NCBI GenBank assembly: GCA_964016885.1 | Contig: OZ024746.1 | Span: forward strand, 2,976,001 to 3,040,000 | Direction: 5' to 3' | From: Eledone cirrhosa | Lineage: Eukaryota | DNA length: 64,000 nucleotides | Shown: in pieces, positions 52,270-64,000 of the stretch | Numbering within the stretch: the first letter of the stretch is position 1 | Layout of the letters: each line of letters starts with the position of its first letter | Translations under genes and position numbers: made by a program | Notes under the pieces: generated by a model | Database searches by the model: none | What the model saw: the letters and a program-made list of their open reading frames with translations, nothing else | Told to the model about the DNA's origin: nothing

Positions 52270-52850
52270 TTAATCGGAAAATTATCCCTGCAGCCTCAGA
52301 TATTCAGGACGTATCGGAGGGTCTTTGCTGTTCCCAGTAGACAAGCCTTCTGGAGTGTTCTAAAAAGTGGGACCGGAAGCCTTTCAAGATAGTATCTAGT
52401 ACTCCTATGACGATGGGGATGACCTTGATCTCATGACAGTTCCAAATCCTTTTCAGTTCCCTACTTTAAATCCTGGTACTGGTTAATTTTCTCCTCCTTT
52501 TCTTGTACCTTTGTGTCAAAGGGGCAAGCTACATCTATAATCAAGCAAGATCCTTTTTCCTTGTCAAAAACCATCAAGTCAGGCCTATTGTGTTCTAATT
52601 TTTTGTTCGTTTGTATCCTGAAATCCCACAACACCTTCACCCAATCGTTTTCTATCATCGACTCTGGCTTCTCTCATACCATTTCTCAGAATGAGATAAT
52701 TTGTTCAGTTCGCATAAATGCCAGTGAATCACTTTTCCTATGATATCATGCCTTCATCCTTTATAATGAGTCTGAGCTAGGTGTTTACACTCAGATACGA
52801 TGTGAGCCACAGATTCCTCTCCCCCTCTCTCTCTCTCTCCACAGATCCTA
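52270..52850 (-). mobile_element. R4/Dong-clade non-LTR retrotransposon C-terminus (CCHC plus RLE), decayed
   Basis: ESVAHIVSECKHLAQ..Y..RHD...KVLWDFRIQTNKKLEHNRPD...CLIIDVACPFD...EK...YQDLK.ELKRIW...VIPIVIG.L...LQKACLLGTA. Confidence 0.85.
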
Positions 52851-52861
52851 CTCATAATAAT

Positions 52862-53120
52862 GGTTTCTTATGTAGGCACAAGGCCAGCAATTTTGGGGGA
52901 AGGGAAAAGTCGATGAAATCGACCCCAACTCAATAATAATAATTGTTTCTACTTTTGGCAATTATCCCAGTGCATTACTGGTACGTTATTTTATCGACCC
53001 CGAAAGGATGAAACGCAAAGTTAACCTCGGCGGGATTTGAACTCAGAACGTAAATGGCCATAACTCTGTGCTGTAAAGCATGGTGTCTAACGCCTTACCG
53101 ATGCTGCCAATTCACCGCCC
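52862..53120 (-). mobile_element. Family A SINE (plus a partial second copy)
   Basis: Reverse match; CTCATAATAAT present at both flanks (52851, 53123). Confidence 0.8.
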
Positions 53121-53224
53121 TCCTCATAATAATAATAATAATAATAATTATTATTCCTAATGTCACATTACTGTAAACTTATTTCCTGTGATGTATCTTT
53201 GTCAATATGTTAATAACCTCCTTT

Positions 53225-53400
53225 ATATAACTACTGTCAGGTTTGTGGTTGAACCTGTGACAGTGGAGATTTCTGATGTGTTTAGGCCTTGGACGACCTC
53301 CCTGCTTCCTATCAGGGCAAACTTGGCCTCTAGCAGGAGTGAGGAATGGTTATTCCAACGCATTTCCCTCACCATCCACTGGGGCAACGTTTGGCTGCTG
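53225..53400 (+). mobile_element. CRE-like RLE C-terminal fragment
   Basis: RFVVEPVTVEISDVFRP...EEWLFQRISLTIHWGN resembles F.P.AVET.G..GP...LFQR.S.AIQRGN. Confidence 0.55.
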
Positions 53401-53569
53401 GGACTATGGGGTGGCCTGTGTGTTGGCTCCTCTACACTAGAGAACTCTTTCCTTCACATTGTCTGGGTGTGTATCATTAAGGTAGTGATGTTGAGACATA
53501 AGTTCATTTGGATTTACCAAGTAGGTAATTGCAAGGGGTGTCGTAAATTGCTAAAAGGGCAAAGGTGAT

Positions 53570-55225
53570 GTTCTAGAAAGGAGCAACTATAGAGGAATAA
53601 AACTAATGGACCAAGTTATGAAAGTGACAGTTCTAGCACAATTAATTAGGGAAAGAGTCAAATTAGATGAGATGTAGTTTGATTTCATGCCTGGGAAAAA
53701 ATATTACAGATGCCCTCTTTTTTGTGAGTCAACTACAAGAGAAGTTTCTAGCCAAGAATAATCTGCGATACCTAGCTTTTGTTGATCTAGAAAAGGTTTT
53801 TGACAGAGTACCTTGATCTATTATCTGGTGGGCCTTAAGGAAATTACATGTCGAAGTATGGCTTGTGAGAGTAGAAAGTGAGTTTAGTGAGGAATTCAAG
53901 GTTCCAGGCCAAAACAAAGTTGAAGACTGGCTGCCCATGGGAATTTCTCTATAGAGATGATCTGATCCTTATAGCTGAAGCCATAAAAGAACTAGAGAAT
54001 AAGTTCTGACTATGGAAACGGTTTGGAATTAAAAGGTCCGAGAGTAAACGTAGCCAAAACTGAAGTGCTAGTAGCTAGGAGGGAAGATAGGACCCTGATT
54101 CCCTCAGGGAAGTGGCCCTACTCAACATGTAGGCATAAACTCTATACAATGTACACAATGTAAATCTTGGGTACATAGAGATGTAGTGGGATAACAAGTA
54201 GACTAACAGGAAGGGAAGACTTTATTTGTAGATGTACAGAAGAGCATCAGTGATATAAACCTTTTCCAATTACAGGAAGGGTGCATAGAAGTGGTTGATA
54301 GATTCTGTTATCTAGGTGACTTAACCCTTTAACATTTATATTACTCTATATATACTATTGTATTTTCATGGTAAACACATTATCTCACGTGACTATCTCA
54401 CATAATATCGAATCTACGAAATTTTGATATTTATTTTGAGAACAATACCTTAACATAAGTATGAGCAGCTAGTTATGGCTGGTTTAAACAGAAAGAGGCA
54501 AGAGAATTCTTGCTGGATATCGCCAGTTTAAATGCTAAAGAGTTAATTAGCAGTAGAGGAGGGTTCTCTGAAAGCATAGTAACTAGAATGACAGGATGGA
54601 AGAAGTTTAGAGAGTTATTCACTGTTGACAACAAAAGGTTTCTCCCTACATACAAAAGGATGGCTTTATGACACCTGTGTGTAAAGTGTGATGCTACATG
54701 GTAGTGAAACATGGGCTGTGACTGCAGAAGACATGTGGTGCTACATAGTAGTGAAACATGGGCTGTGACTGCAGAAGACATGTGGTGCTACATGGTAGTG
54801 AAACATGGGCTGTGACTGCAGAAGATATGTGGTGCTACATGGTAGTGAAACATGGGCAGTGACTGCTGAGTACATGAATAGGTTAGAGAGAAAACAACCA
54901 TGCTTCATTAGATGTGCAATGTGAGAGAAAGGTAGAGCTTGGATGAACTGAGGGAGAAACTGGGTTTAAGAGGAATCTGAAGTAGTGTACAAGAGAGAAG
55001 ACTTGTGTTAGTACAGACATGTGATGTGCATGGCTGATAGAGATGCCAGGAAATGCCAGTGGAAAGAAGCTGCAGTAGAGGTAGACTACAGAAGACCTGG
55101 GAAGAGGTTGTGAGAACTGATGTCACAGGAGATGACGAAAGAATGTAGCAAGTGGAGAGATGCTGTGTTGAAAAGGACCTGTCCAACCCATACAAACGTG
55201 GAAAAACAGACATAACAACATTGAT
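53570..55225 (+). mobile_element. Decayed RTE LINE (RT domain to 3' end) with nested MITE and 47-bp tandem
   Basis: QLQEKFLAKN..L.LAFVDLEK.FDRVP...WWALRK; PWE.LY.DDL.LIAE; VDRFCYLGD; LHGSETWA repeated at 47-bp spacing (54701-54870). Confidence 0.85.
54325..54542 (+). mobile_element. TTAA MITE inserted in the RTE
   Basis: TTAA|CCCTTTAACATTTA...TAAATGCTAAAGAG|TTAA splitting the YLGD.IS coding segment. Confidence 0.85.
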
Positions 55226-56984
55226 GTTAAGTGTCTCAATGAAACCAACTTTTAAACCCCTTTGTTACCATATTTCTAAAGAAAGACATTCTATGGTTTT
55301 CAAATCAATTTGAAAATAATAAAAAATTCAGTGAGATTTAGTAAAATAATAACATTCTCATTATTAAGCTGGATTTTGGAACATAAATGTTCTTGCATAA
55401 AATTATTATAGAAGGATTTTAAATAAATCTGAAGACTTTAAAATAAACAAGTTAGTGTTGAAGAACCAGGCTTCAAGTGTCTTGGTATACAATTGGAATC
55501 AATATAGTCAACTATACCTTTTAGAATTTTAGACCTTGTTTCTTCTAATTATCTTAGTTACATTATTTCATGTAATGTTATCAGATTAGGAATATTTTAA
55601 GGTTTATTTAGCATGATGGAGGAATATGGAAGATTTTCATGCAAAGATATTTCAAGATTCTAAGTAAATTGATTCCCTACAATTATAAATATAGATTATT
55701 AATTACTTGTATGTTTGTTAATAGTAATAATTGGAAATGGTTATTAACAGTGATTTGGTTTTAAGTCTCAGAAAATCATTTTAAGATATAATTTGCAAAG
55801 AGAAATAGAAAGAATGAAAGTGAAATCCAAATAGTCTCATAATAAACCTAAAATAGAAATGTTAATAGTTTGTTAGGATAATTATCTTTAATTATGAGAA
55901 GGGTAGAGGGTAGAAAGCAATTAGCATATGTTCCTCTGTTTAATATTCCTTTTCAGTGTTTTTTATTTTCTATATTTTGTTATCCTGAAGGATGTTACCC
56001 CCCCCCCCCCTGTTACTCCTCCTATTTTAATGTTGATTTAAATACGAGAGAAGTGTGACTCTAGTTAAGTGACTGGATTAAATCTTTAATGATCTACACA
56101 GTAGAAAGCTTTCCCAACAAATGTTAGCATGATCTTCTGTTAGTGTTTTTGCAGTATAATTTATTAAAATGGTCATTAAGTACTTAATTGTTTTATTACA
56201 TTTTTTTTCTCGAATTACAACTCCAGTGCTAGTTTTTATCAAATAATCCTGTGGGCAGAGTAATTATTTTTGATTTGGTACAAATAACATTTTGAAGCAT
56301 ACTATATATACAACATAGCTAAGTGGTAGCAGTGTTTCTCAAACAAAACAAAAAAAGTGCAGGAAGTTGCATGCAATTTATGTACAGGAGCTTGCTCTGG
56401 GCTTGAAATTCACAGCACCCACTAACACTTGCACACATATAAATTACACACTATCAACTGATGAAGTATGCTGGGTTGGTTGATCATATCAATATTCATT
56501 CTGTATCAATATCAACATTGTAAACAAATATATGTTGATGATATCTCGCATGAAAGCCAAAATGACATCCATGTGTGTGAAATGTGTAGGATCTATTGGC
56601 CAGCTGTAATCCTTATATGGCCATTAGATACTACATATATTATCTGTCAATTAGGCTAATCTGTGTTTCTGGCATAAAAACACATTACTATGATATCTCT
56701 GGTTCTGGGACTTAGTGAGACTCTACTGACAATGATTATGGTTATTTTAGCTAAATGTTGTCTTTTTATTTCAACACATTCACAAGTGAAGTTGCTAATA
56801 GTATGACAAGCAACATGTGACTTATATATGGGGTGAAAGGTTGAGACTGAACTAATATAAACAAAGGAGTGTAATATATAAGTATATATATGATAGATTT
56901 TGTGGCAGAGTAGTTAGTTTCAATCTTCTAAACTGTCAGCAACACAAATAATTTGCATAATCAAATGCTAGATGGGGAACCTGT

Positions 56985-59900
56985 GGCCTTCTATGTCATT
57001 CTATGTAACCTATGCCATTCTATGTGGTCTCCTATGCCATTCTATGTGGTCTCCTATACCATTCTATCTGGTCTCCTATACCATTCTATGTGGCCTCCTA
57101 TACCATTCTATGTGGCCTCCTATACCATTCTATGTGGTCTCCTATACCATTCTATGTGGTCTCCTATACCATTCTAAGTGGTCTCCTATACCATTCTAAG
57201 TGGTCTCCTATACCATTCTAAGTGGTCTCCTATACCATTCTATGTGGTCTCCTATACCATTCTAAGTGGTCTCCTATACCATTCTATGTGGTCTCCTATA
57301 CCATTCTATGTGGTCTCCTATACCATTCTATGTGGTCTCCTATACCATTCTATGTGGTCTCCTATACCATTCTATGTGGTCTCCTATACCATTCTATGTG
57401 GTCTCCTCTACCATTCTAAGTGGTCTCCTATACCATTCTATGTAACCTCCTATGCCATTCTATGTGGTCTCCTATACCATTCTATGTGGTCTCCTATACC
57501 ATTCTATGTGGTCTCCTATACCATTCTATGTGGTCTCCTATACCATTCTATGTGGTCTCCTATACCATTCTATGTGGTCTCCTATACCATTCTAAGTGGT
57601 CTCCTATACCATTCTATGTAACCTCCTATACCATTCTATGTGGTCTCCTATACCATTCTATGTGGTCTCCTATACCATTCTATGTGGTCTCCTATACCAT
57701 TCTAAGTGGTCTTCTATACCATTCTAAGTGGTCTTCTATACCATTCTAAGTGGTCTCCTATACCATTCTAAGTGGTCTCCTATACCATTCTAAGTGGTCT
57801 CCTATACCATTCTAAGTGGTCTCCTATACCATTCTAAGTGGTCTCCTATACCATTCTATGTAACCTCCTATGCCATTCTATGTGGTCTCCTATACCATTC
57901 TATGTGGTCTCCTATACCATTCTATGTGGTCTCCTATACCATTCTATGTGGTCTCCTATGTCATTCTATGTGGTCTCCTATGTCATTCTATGTAACCTTC
58001 TATGTGACCTCCTATACCATTCTATGTGACCTCCTATACCATTCTATGTAACTTCCTATGCCATTCTATGTGGTCTCCTATACCATTCTATATGGTCTCC
58101 TATACCATTCTATGTGGTCTCCTATACCATTCTATGTGGTCTCCTATACCATTCTAAGTGGTCTCCTATGCCATTCTATGTGGTCTCCTATACCATTCTA
58201 TGTGGTCTCCTATACCATTCTAAGTGGTCTCCTATACCATTCTATGTGGTCTCCTATACCATTCTATCTGGTATCCTATACCATTCTATCTGGTATCCTA
58301 TACCATTCTATCTGGTCTCCTATACCATTCTAAGTGGTCTCCTATGCCATTCTATGTGGTCTCCTATACCATTCTAAGTGGTCTCCTATGCCATTCTATG
58401 TGGTCTCCTATGCCATTCTATGTGGTCTCCTATACCATTCTATGTGGTCTCCTATACCATTCTATGTGGTCTCCTATACCATTCTATGTGGTCTCCTATA
58501 CCATTCTATGTGGTCTCCTATACCATTCTATGTGGTCTCCTATACCATTCTATGTGGTCTCCTATACCATTCTATGTGGCCTCCTATACCATTCTATGTG
58601 GCCTCCTATACCATTCTATGTGGCCTCCTATACCATTCTATGTGGTCTCCTATACCATTCTATGTGGTCTCCTATACCATTCTATGTGGTCTCCTATACC
58701 ATTCTATGTGGTCTCCTATACCATTCTAAGTGGTCTCCTATACCATTCTAAGTGGTCTCCTATACCATTCTAAGTGGTCTCCTATACCATTCTAAGTGGT
58801 CTCCTATGCCATTCTATGTGGTCTCCTATACCATTCTATCTGGTCTCCTATACCATTCTATGTGGTCTCCTATGCCATTCTATGCAGTCTCCTATGCCAT
58901 TCTATGCAGTCTCCTGTGCCATTCTATGCAGTCTCCTATGCCATTCTATGCAGTCTCCTATGCCATTCTATGCAGTCTCCTATACCATTCTATGCAGTCT
59001 CCTATACCATTCTAAGTGGTCTCCTATGCCATTCTATGTGGTCTCCTATACCATTCTATCTGGTCTCCTATACCATTCTATGTGGTCTCCTATGCCATTC
59101 TATGCAGTCTCCTATGCCATTCTATGCAGTCTCCTGTGCCATTCTATGCAGTCTCCTATGCCATTCTATGCAGTCTCCTATGCCATTCTATGCAGTCTCC
59201 TATACCATTCTATGCAGTCTCCTATGCCATTCTATGCAGTCTCCTATGCCATTCTATGCAGTCTCCTATGCCATTCTATGCAGTCTCCTATACCATTCTG
59301 ATCAGCCTCCTATGCCATTCTATGCAGTCTCCTATACCATTCTATGCAGTCTCCTATACCATTCTATGCAGTCTCCTATACCATTCTATGCAGTCTCCTA
59401 TACCATTCTATGCAGTCTCCTATACCATTCTATGCAGTCTCCTATACCATTCTATGCAGTCTCCTATACCATTCTATGCAGTCTCCTATGCCATTCTATG
59501 CAGTCTCCTATGCCATTCTATGCAGTCTCCTATGCCATTCTATGCAGTCTCCTATGCCATTCTATGCAGTCTCCTATGCCATTCTATGCAGTCTCCTATG
59601 CCATTCTATGCAGTCTCCTATACCATTCTGATCAGCCTCCTATGCCATTCTGATCAGCCTCCTATGCCATTCTATGCAGTCTCCTATGCCATTCTATGCA
59701 GTCTCCTATGCCATTCTATGCAGTCTCCTATACCATTCTGATCAGCCTCCTATGCCATTCTATGCAGTCTCCTATGCCATTCTATGCAGTCTCCTATGCC
59801 ATTCTATGCAGTCTCCTATGCCATTCTATGCAGTCTCCTATGCCATTCTATGCAGTCTCCTATGCTATTCTATGCAGTCTCCTATGCCATTCTATGCAGT

Positions 59901-61210
59901 CTCCTATGCCATTCTATGCAGTCTCCTATGCCATTCTATGCAGTCTCCTATACCATTCTGATCAGCCTCCTATGCCATTCTATGCAGTCTCCTATACCAT
60001 TCTGATCAGCCTCCTATGCCATTCTATGCAGTCTCCTATGCCATTCTATGCAGTCTCCTATGCCATTCTATGCAGTCTCCTATGCCATTCTATGCAGTCT
60101 CCTATGCTATTCTATGCAGTCTCCTATGCCATTCTATGCAGTCTCCTATACCATTCTGATCAGCCTCCTATGCCATTCTGATCAGCCTCCTATGCCATTC
60201 TATGCAGTCTCCTATGCCATTCTATGCAGTCTCCTATGCCATTCTATGCAGTCTCCTATACCATTCTGATCAGCCTCCTATGCCATTCTATGCAGTCTCC
60301 TATGCCATTCTATGCAGTCTCCTATGCCATTCTATGCAGTCTCCTATGCCATTCTATGCAGTCTCCTATGCCATTCTATGCAGTCTCCTATGCTATTCTA
60401 TGCAGTCTCCTATGCCATTCTATGCAGTCTCCTATGCCATTCTATGCAGTCTCCTATGCCATTCTATGCAGTCTCCTATACCATTCTGATCAGCCTCCTA
60501 TGCCATTCTATGCAGTCTCCTATACCATTCTGATCAGCCTCCTATGCCATTCTATGCAGTCTCCTATGCCATTCTATGCAGTCTCCTATGCCATTCTATG
60601 CAGTCTCCTATGCCATTCTATGCAGTCTCCTATGCTATTCTATGCAGTCTCCTATGCCATTCTATGCAGTCTCCTATACCATTCTGATCAGCCTCCTATG
60701 CCATTCTGATCAGCCTCCTATGCCATTCTATGCAGGCTCCTATGCCATTCTATGCAGTCTCCTATGCCATTCTATGCAGTCTCCTATACCATTCTGATCA
60801 GCCTCCTATGCCATTCTATGCAGTCTCCTATGCCATTCTATGCAGTCTCCTATGCCATTCTATGCAGTCTCCTATACCATTCTATGCAGTCTCCTATGCT
60901 ATTCTATGCAGTCTCCTATGCCATTCTATGCAGTCTCCTATACCATTCTATGCAGTCTCCTATGCCATTCTATGCAGTCTCCTATGCCATTCTATGCAGT
61001 CTCCTATGCCATTCTATGCAGTCTCCTATGCCATTCTATGCAGTCTCCTATACCATTCTATGCAGTCTCCTATGCCATTCTATGCAGTCTCCTATGCCAT
61101 TCTATGCAGTCTCCTATACCATTCTATGCAGTCTCCTATACCATTCTATGCAGTCTCCTATACCATTCTATGCAGTCTCCTATACCATATCTGATCAGCC
61201 TCCTATGCCG
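56985..61210. repeat. 22-bp tandem minisatellite, about 190 copies, with higher-order structure
   Basis: Unit TCTATGTGGTCTCCTATACCAT grading to TCTATGCAGTCTCCTATGCCAT; recurring ORF starts at 59674/60202/60730 show a 528-bp (24-mer) period. Confidence 0.95.
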
Positions 61211-62149
61211 TTCTGTCGGTCTTTTGAATAAAAAATTCCCAACAAATTAAAAAATGTTATGTTTTTGTCTATCTTTTATTATTTTAATTTAAGCCATAAG
61301 ATGAACGTATTTTAAATACCAAAGAGTAAAAGAATATTCCACAAAATAATCCACACTGACAGACGGTCAGAATTAAAACATTAGTAGATCATAAGAACCA
61401 TTTCAGTACTTTCTATGCTCGTGTTTAAGTTCTAAAGTGATTCTAGAATGTACATTAAATTCCTGCTTAACTGGAGCAACTATTGCCTGAAGTTGGTTAG
61501 TAAGAACCTGCTGGGATTTAGTACGTCGGTGATTATCAAGATTTTAAGAATATATAATTGTGGTTTCTTGACTGCGGCCTTATTATATTACAAGTAACTT
61601 AATGTGGCCTTTCAGCATAAAAAGGTTCCCCACCTCTGTACTAGTCTATATTCTGGTTGATATTAGAAAGAAAATCCCCTTATCTGTTCCAGCATGTAAT
61701 TATCTGAATTTAGAGATCCCTAAAATTTAGTTTAAATATTGTAAAAGTGTTAAGTAAAACTGAAATATTTGTTACCACACTCATTCTTTAAACTGAGCAC
61801 GATTCTAAGTGGAAGGTAAATATTTCTATACTTGGAACTGGGAATTACAGCTGCTTCAGTCAATGCTTTTATTGTTCCTCTTTCTCTGATACTCTTAAAG
61901 AATGATGCTTAAATCTGGCTTTATTGTATCAACCTGATGAGGATGCTAGTCATCTCATCTACTATTTCTGAAGTCTGGGTCAGTCATGCCATTTACTATT
62001 GATTTTAGTATATTGCTCAGCACACAATGAGATACTTGTACTCTAAGACCTATAGTAGTTCTTTTTTAAGGTTTTTTGTAACCTTTGTTAAATCCCAGTT
62101 AATTTTACCATATTAATTACTGACTAAAATGTACATAAATATACCAAAC

Positions 62150-62215
62150 ATAGATCTAGAAAAATATGATAATCAAATATATATATATTTGATTATCATA
62201 TTTTTCTAGATCTAT
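62150..62215. repeat. Perfect 66-bp palindrome centred on (AT)6
   Basis: ATAGATCTAGAAAAATATGATAATCAA-(AT)6-TTGATTATCATATTTTTCTAGATCTAT. Confidence 0.9.
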
Positions 62216-62220
62216 CTATA

Positions 62221-63434
62221 TGAGGTTTGTATATTTAAATGTATATTAGCCGTACACGAAATTACAAGTTATTTCCTTCAAAATATGGATCCTTGGTTCC
62301 AACGTTTTTTCCCATTGATTGTAACAGTACCAGAACTCATTTTCTGTGAGTGTCCTTAGCTTGTTACAATTTGTTGTATGACTTCCACAGCCTCAAAATG
62401 ATGACCCTTCAACTTTGATTTCAACTTCAGGAAGAGGTAGAAATCACATGAAGCTAGATCTGGGCTATAGGGAGGATGTGGATGAGTGGGAATGTTTTTC
62501 TTCGTCAGAAATTCTCTAATTGAAAGTGTTGTGTGAGCAGGTGCATTATCATGGGGTAGTACCCAATTTCTTGCAATGTCCTTTCTGACTCGGTGGACCC
62601 GTTTTTGAAGTTGTACCAAGACACCTTTGTAGAAGGTGCAATTAACTGTCCTGGAGGTAAACCTCCAACAATAACAGTTTTACTCATGTGTGCTTTCTTT
62701 GGACAAGGAGAATTTTTCATGTGCCACCCCATACTTTGCAGTTTTGTCTCTGAATTTTACTCAAACACCCATGATTCATCTCCTGTTATTACTTTACCCA
62801 AGAAATTTGGCTCAATTTTGAGTCTTTTTAGCAAATCCTGACAAATTTCCAAATGTCTGCTCCACAGACAAGTGATTAGGCATTAGTATTGCACAAAATG
62901 TTCACATGTACAAATGGTCTGTTATAATTCCGTGAACTTCATTTTTTATCCAAGCCCATTTCTTCTGCAATCATCCTCACACCTAATCACTGATCTTTCA
63001 TCATCACCACTCGCACCACTTCCACATTTTGTTCATTTGTTGACAAGATTGGCCCTCCAGAATAAGGTTCATCTTCAACACTTTCTCAGCCTTCTTTGAA
63101 AGTTTTGTGCTAATTAAAAACCTTATTTCTCAATAGAGTGACATCTCTATAAGCTTGTGTTCGAGAATTAAATGTTTCAGTGGCAGATTTGTTAACTTTC
63201 ACAATAAATTAGATCACGTACTGTTGTTCGATATTTTCCTGCGTCTCAAATGTAACAGAAGTTATAAACAGGGCTGTACATAAACAGCAATAACTTCCGA
63301 CTGACACAATCATATTGAAACAAGTATGTACGTGCAGCCAATGTCATAACCAACACAAGTATATACATCAACAAGGTGCTGTATTACTGTCTTACATACG
63401 AAAATCAGTACAATTACTTTTGGGACAAACCTCG
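62221..63434 (-). mobile_element. Decayed mariner transposon
   Basis: VITGDESWV, HDNAPAH and HPPYSPDLASCDFYLF motifs; termini TA|TGAGGTTTGT and ACAAACCTCG|TA; frameshifts and deletions. Confidence 0.9.
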
Positions 63435-64000
63435 TAAATACAGCATAGCCATAAAGTTATCTTCTCTGTTGCCCCCATATCATCCTTTATCAAACAGATG
63501 TATGATCAGACATTTAAGCAATGACTATCCTGTCTTTCCTTCAGTTATATTCATCATCATCATCACCGTTTAATGTCTATCTTCCACGCTAGCATGGGTT
63601 AGACGGGTATTATACTCTGAATTTAATTATCCATTATGTTCTTGTTTGAGTTTGAAGGAAATTTGACTGCACTCTGTAGCAGTTTTAGTATGAAAGGGAC
63701 TCCTGCATTGGTTCACATATCTACTGTGTAGATTTGTATGTGTATGAGATGCATTGATTGCTGGATGTGAAATAAGATATTTTTTAGAGGTTTCTTCATT
63801 AAATGCTTTTGTGTGTGTGTGAGAGAGATCCTTTGAAGTTTTCATGAAATATTTCTCCGATCAATATGAGTTTTTGGTTAATAACATAATTTTTATCGCA
63901 AAATATTTCTCTTTTCATTATAAATTTTTAAATGTTAAATTATGTTATAAAGATTAAAAATGAAAGTTAATAAATTATAATATATATCACTTCATTTATT

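Noticed and set aside
56953-61250. Many overlapping repetitive ORFs
   Set aside because: Artefact of a 22-bp unit lacking stops in most variants
61934-61965. CTGATGA followed by hairpin GGATG/CATCT
   Set aside because: No GAAA after the stem and no stem I or III

Overview
AT-rich, repeat-dense eukaryotic DNA; the tRNA-derived SINE and RTE families resemble those of octopod cephalopods (inference). No intact protein-coding gene can be supported. Most long ORFs in the track are translations of microsatellites or minisatellites, and the rest are decayed transposon ORFs (RTE, RTE-X, R4/Dong, CRE-like, a Naiad-like Penelope GIY-YIG fragment, mariner). Three large tandem arrays have 53, 68 and 22 bp units. 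The main unexpected signal is about 10 type I hammerhead ribozyme (HHR) motifs, from intact to CpG-decayed. They have CUGANGA/GAAA cores and mostly short, near-palindromic stem III, and sit mainly in short non-coding cassettes embedded in (TA)n microsatellites, several as fold-backs. This looks like a set of non-autonomous, microsatellite-associated Penelope-like/retrozyme-like elements beside a fragment of a plausible autonomous partner. All structures were folded by eye and need computational and biochemical confirmation. A CpG-richer region at about 46.5-47.5 kb may be a promoter, and a few weak exon candidates are noted.
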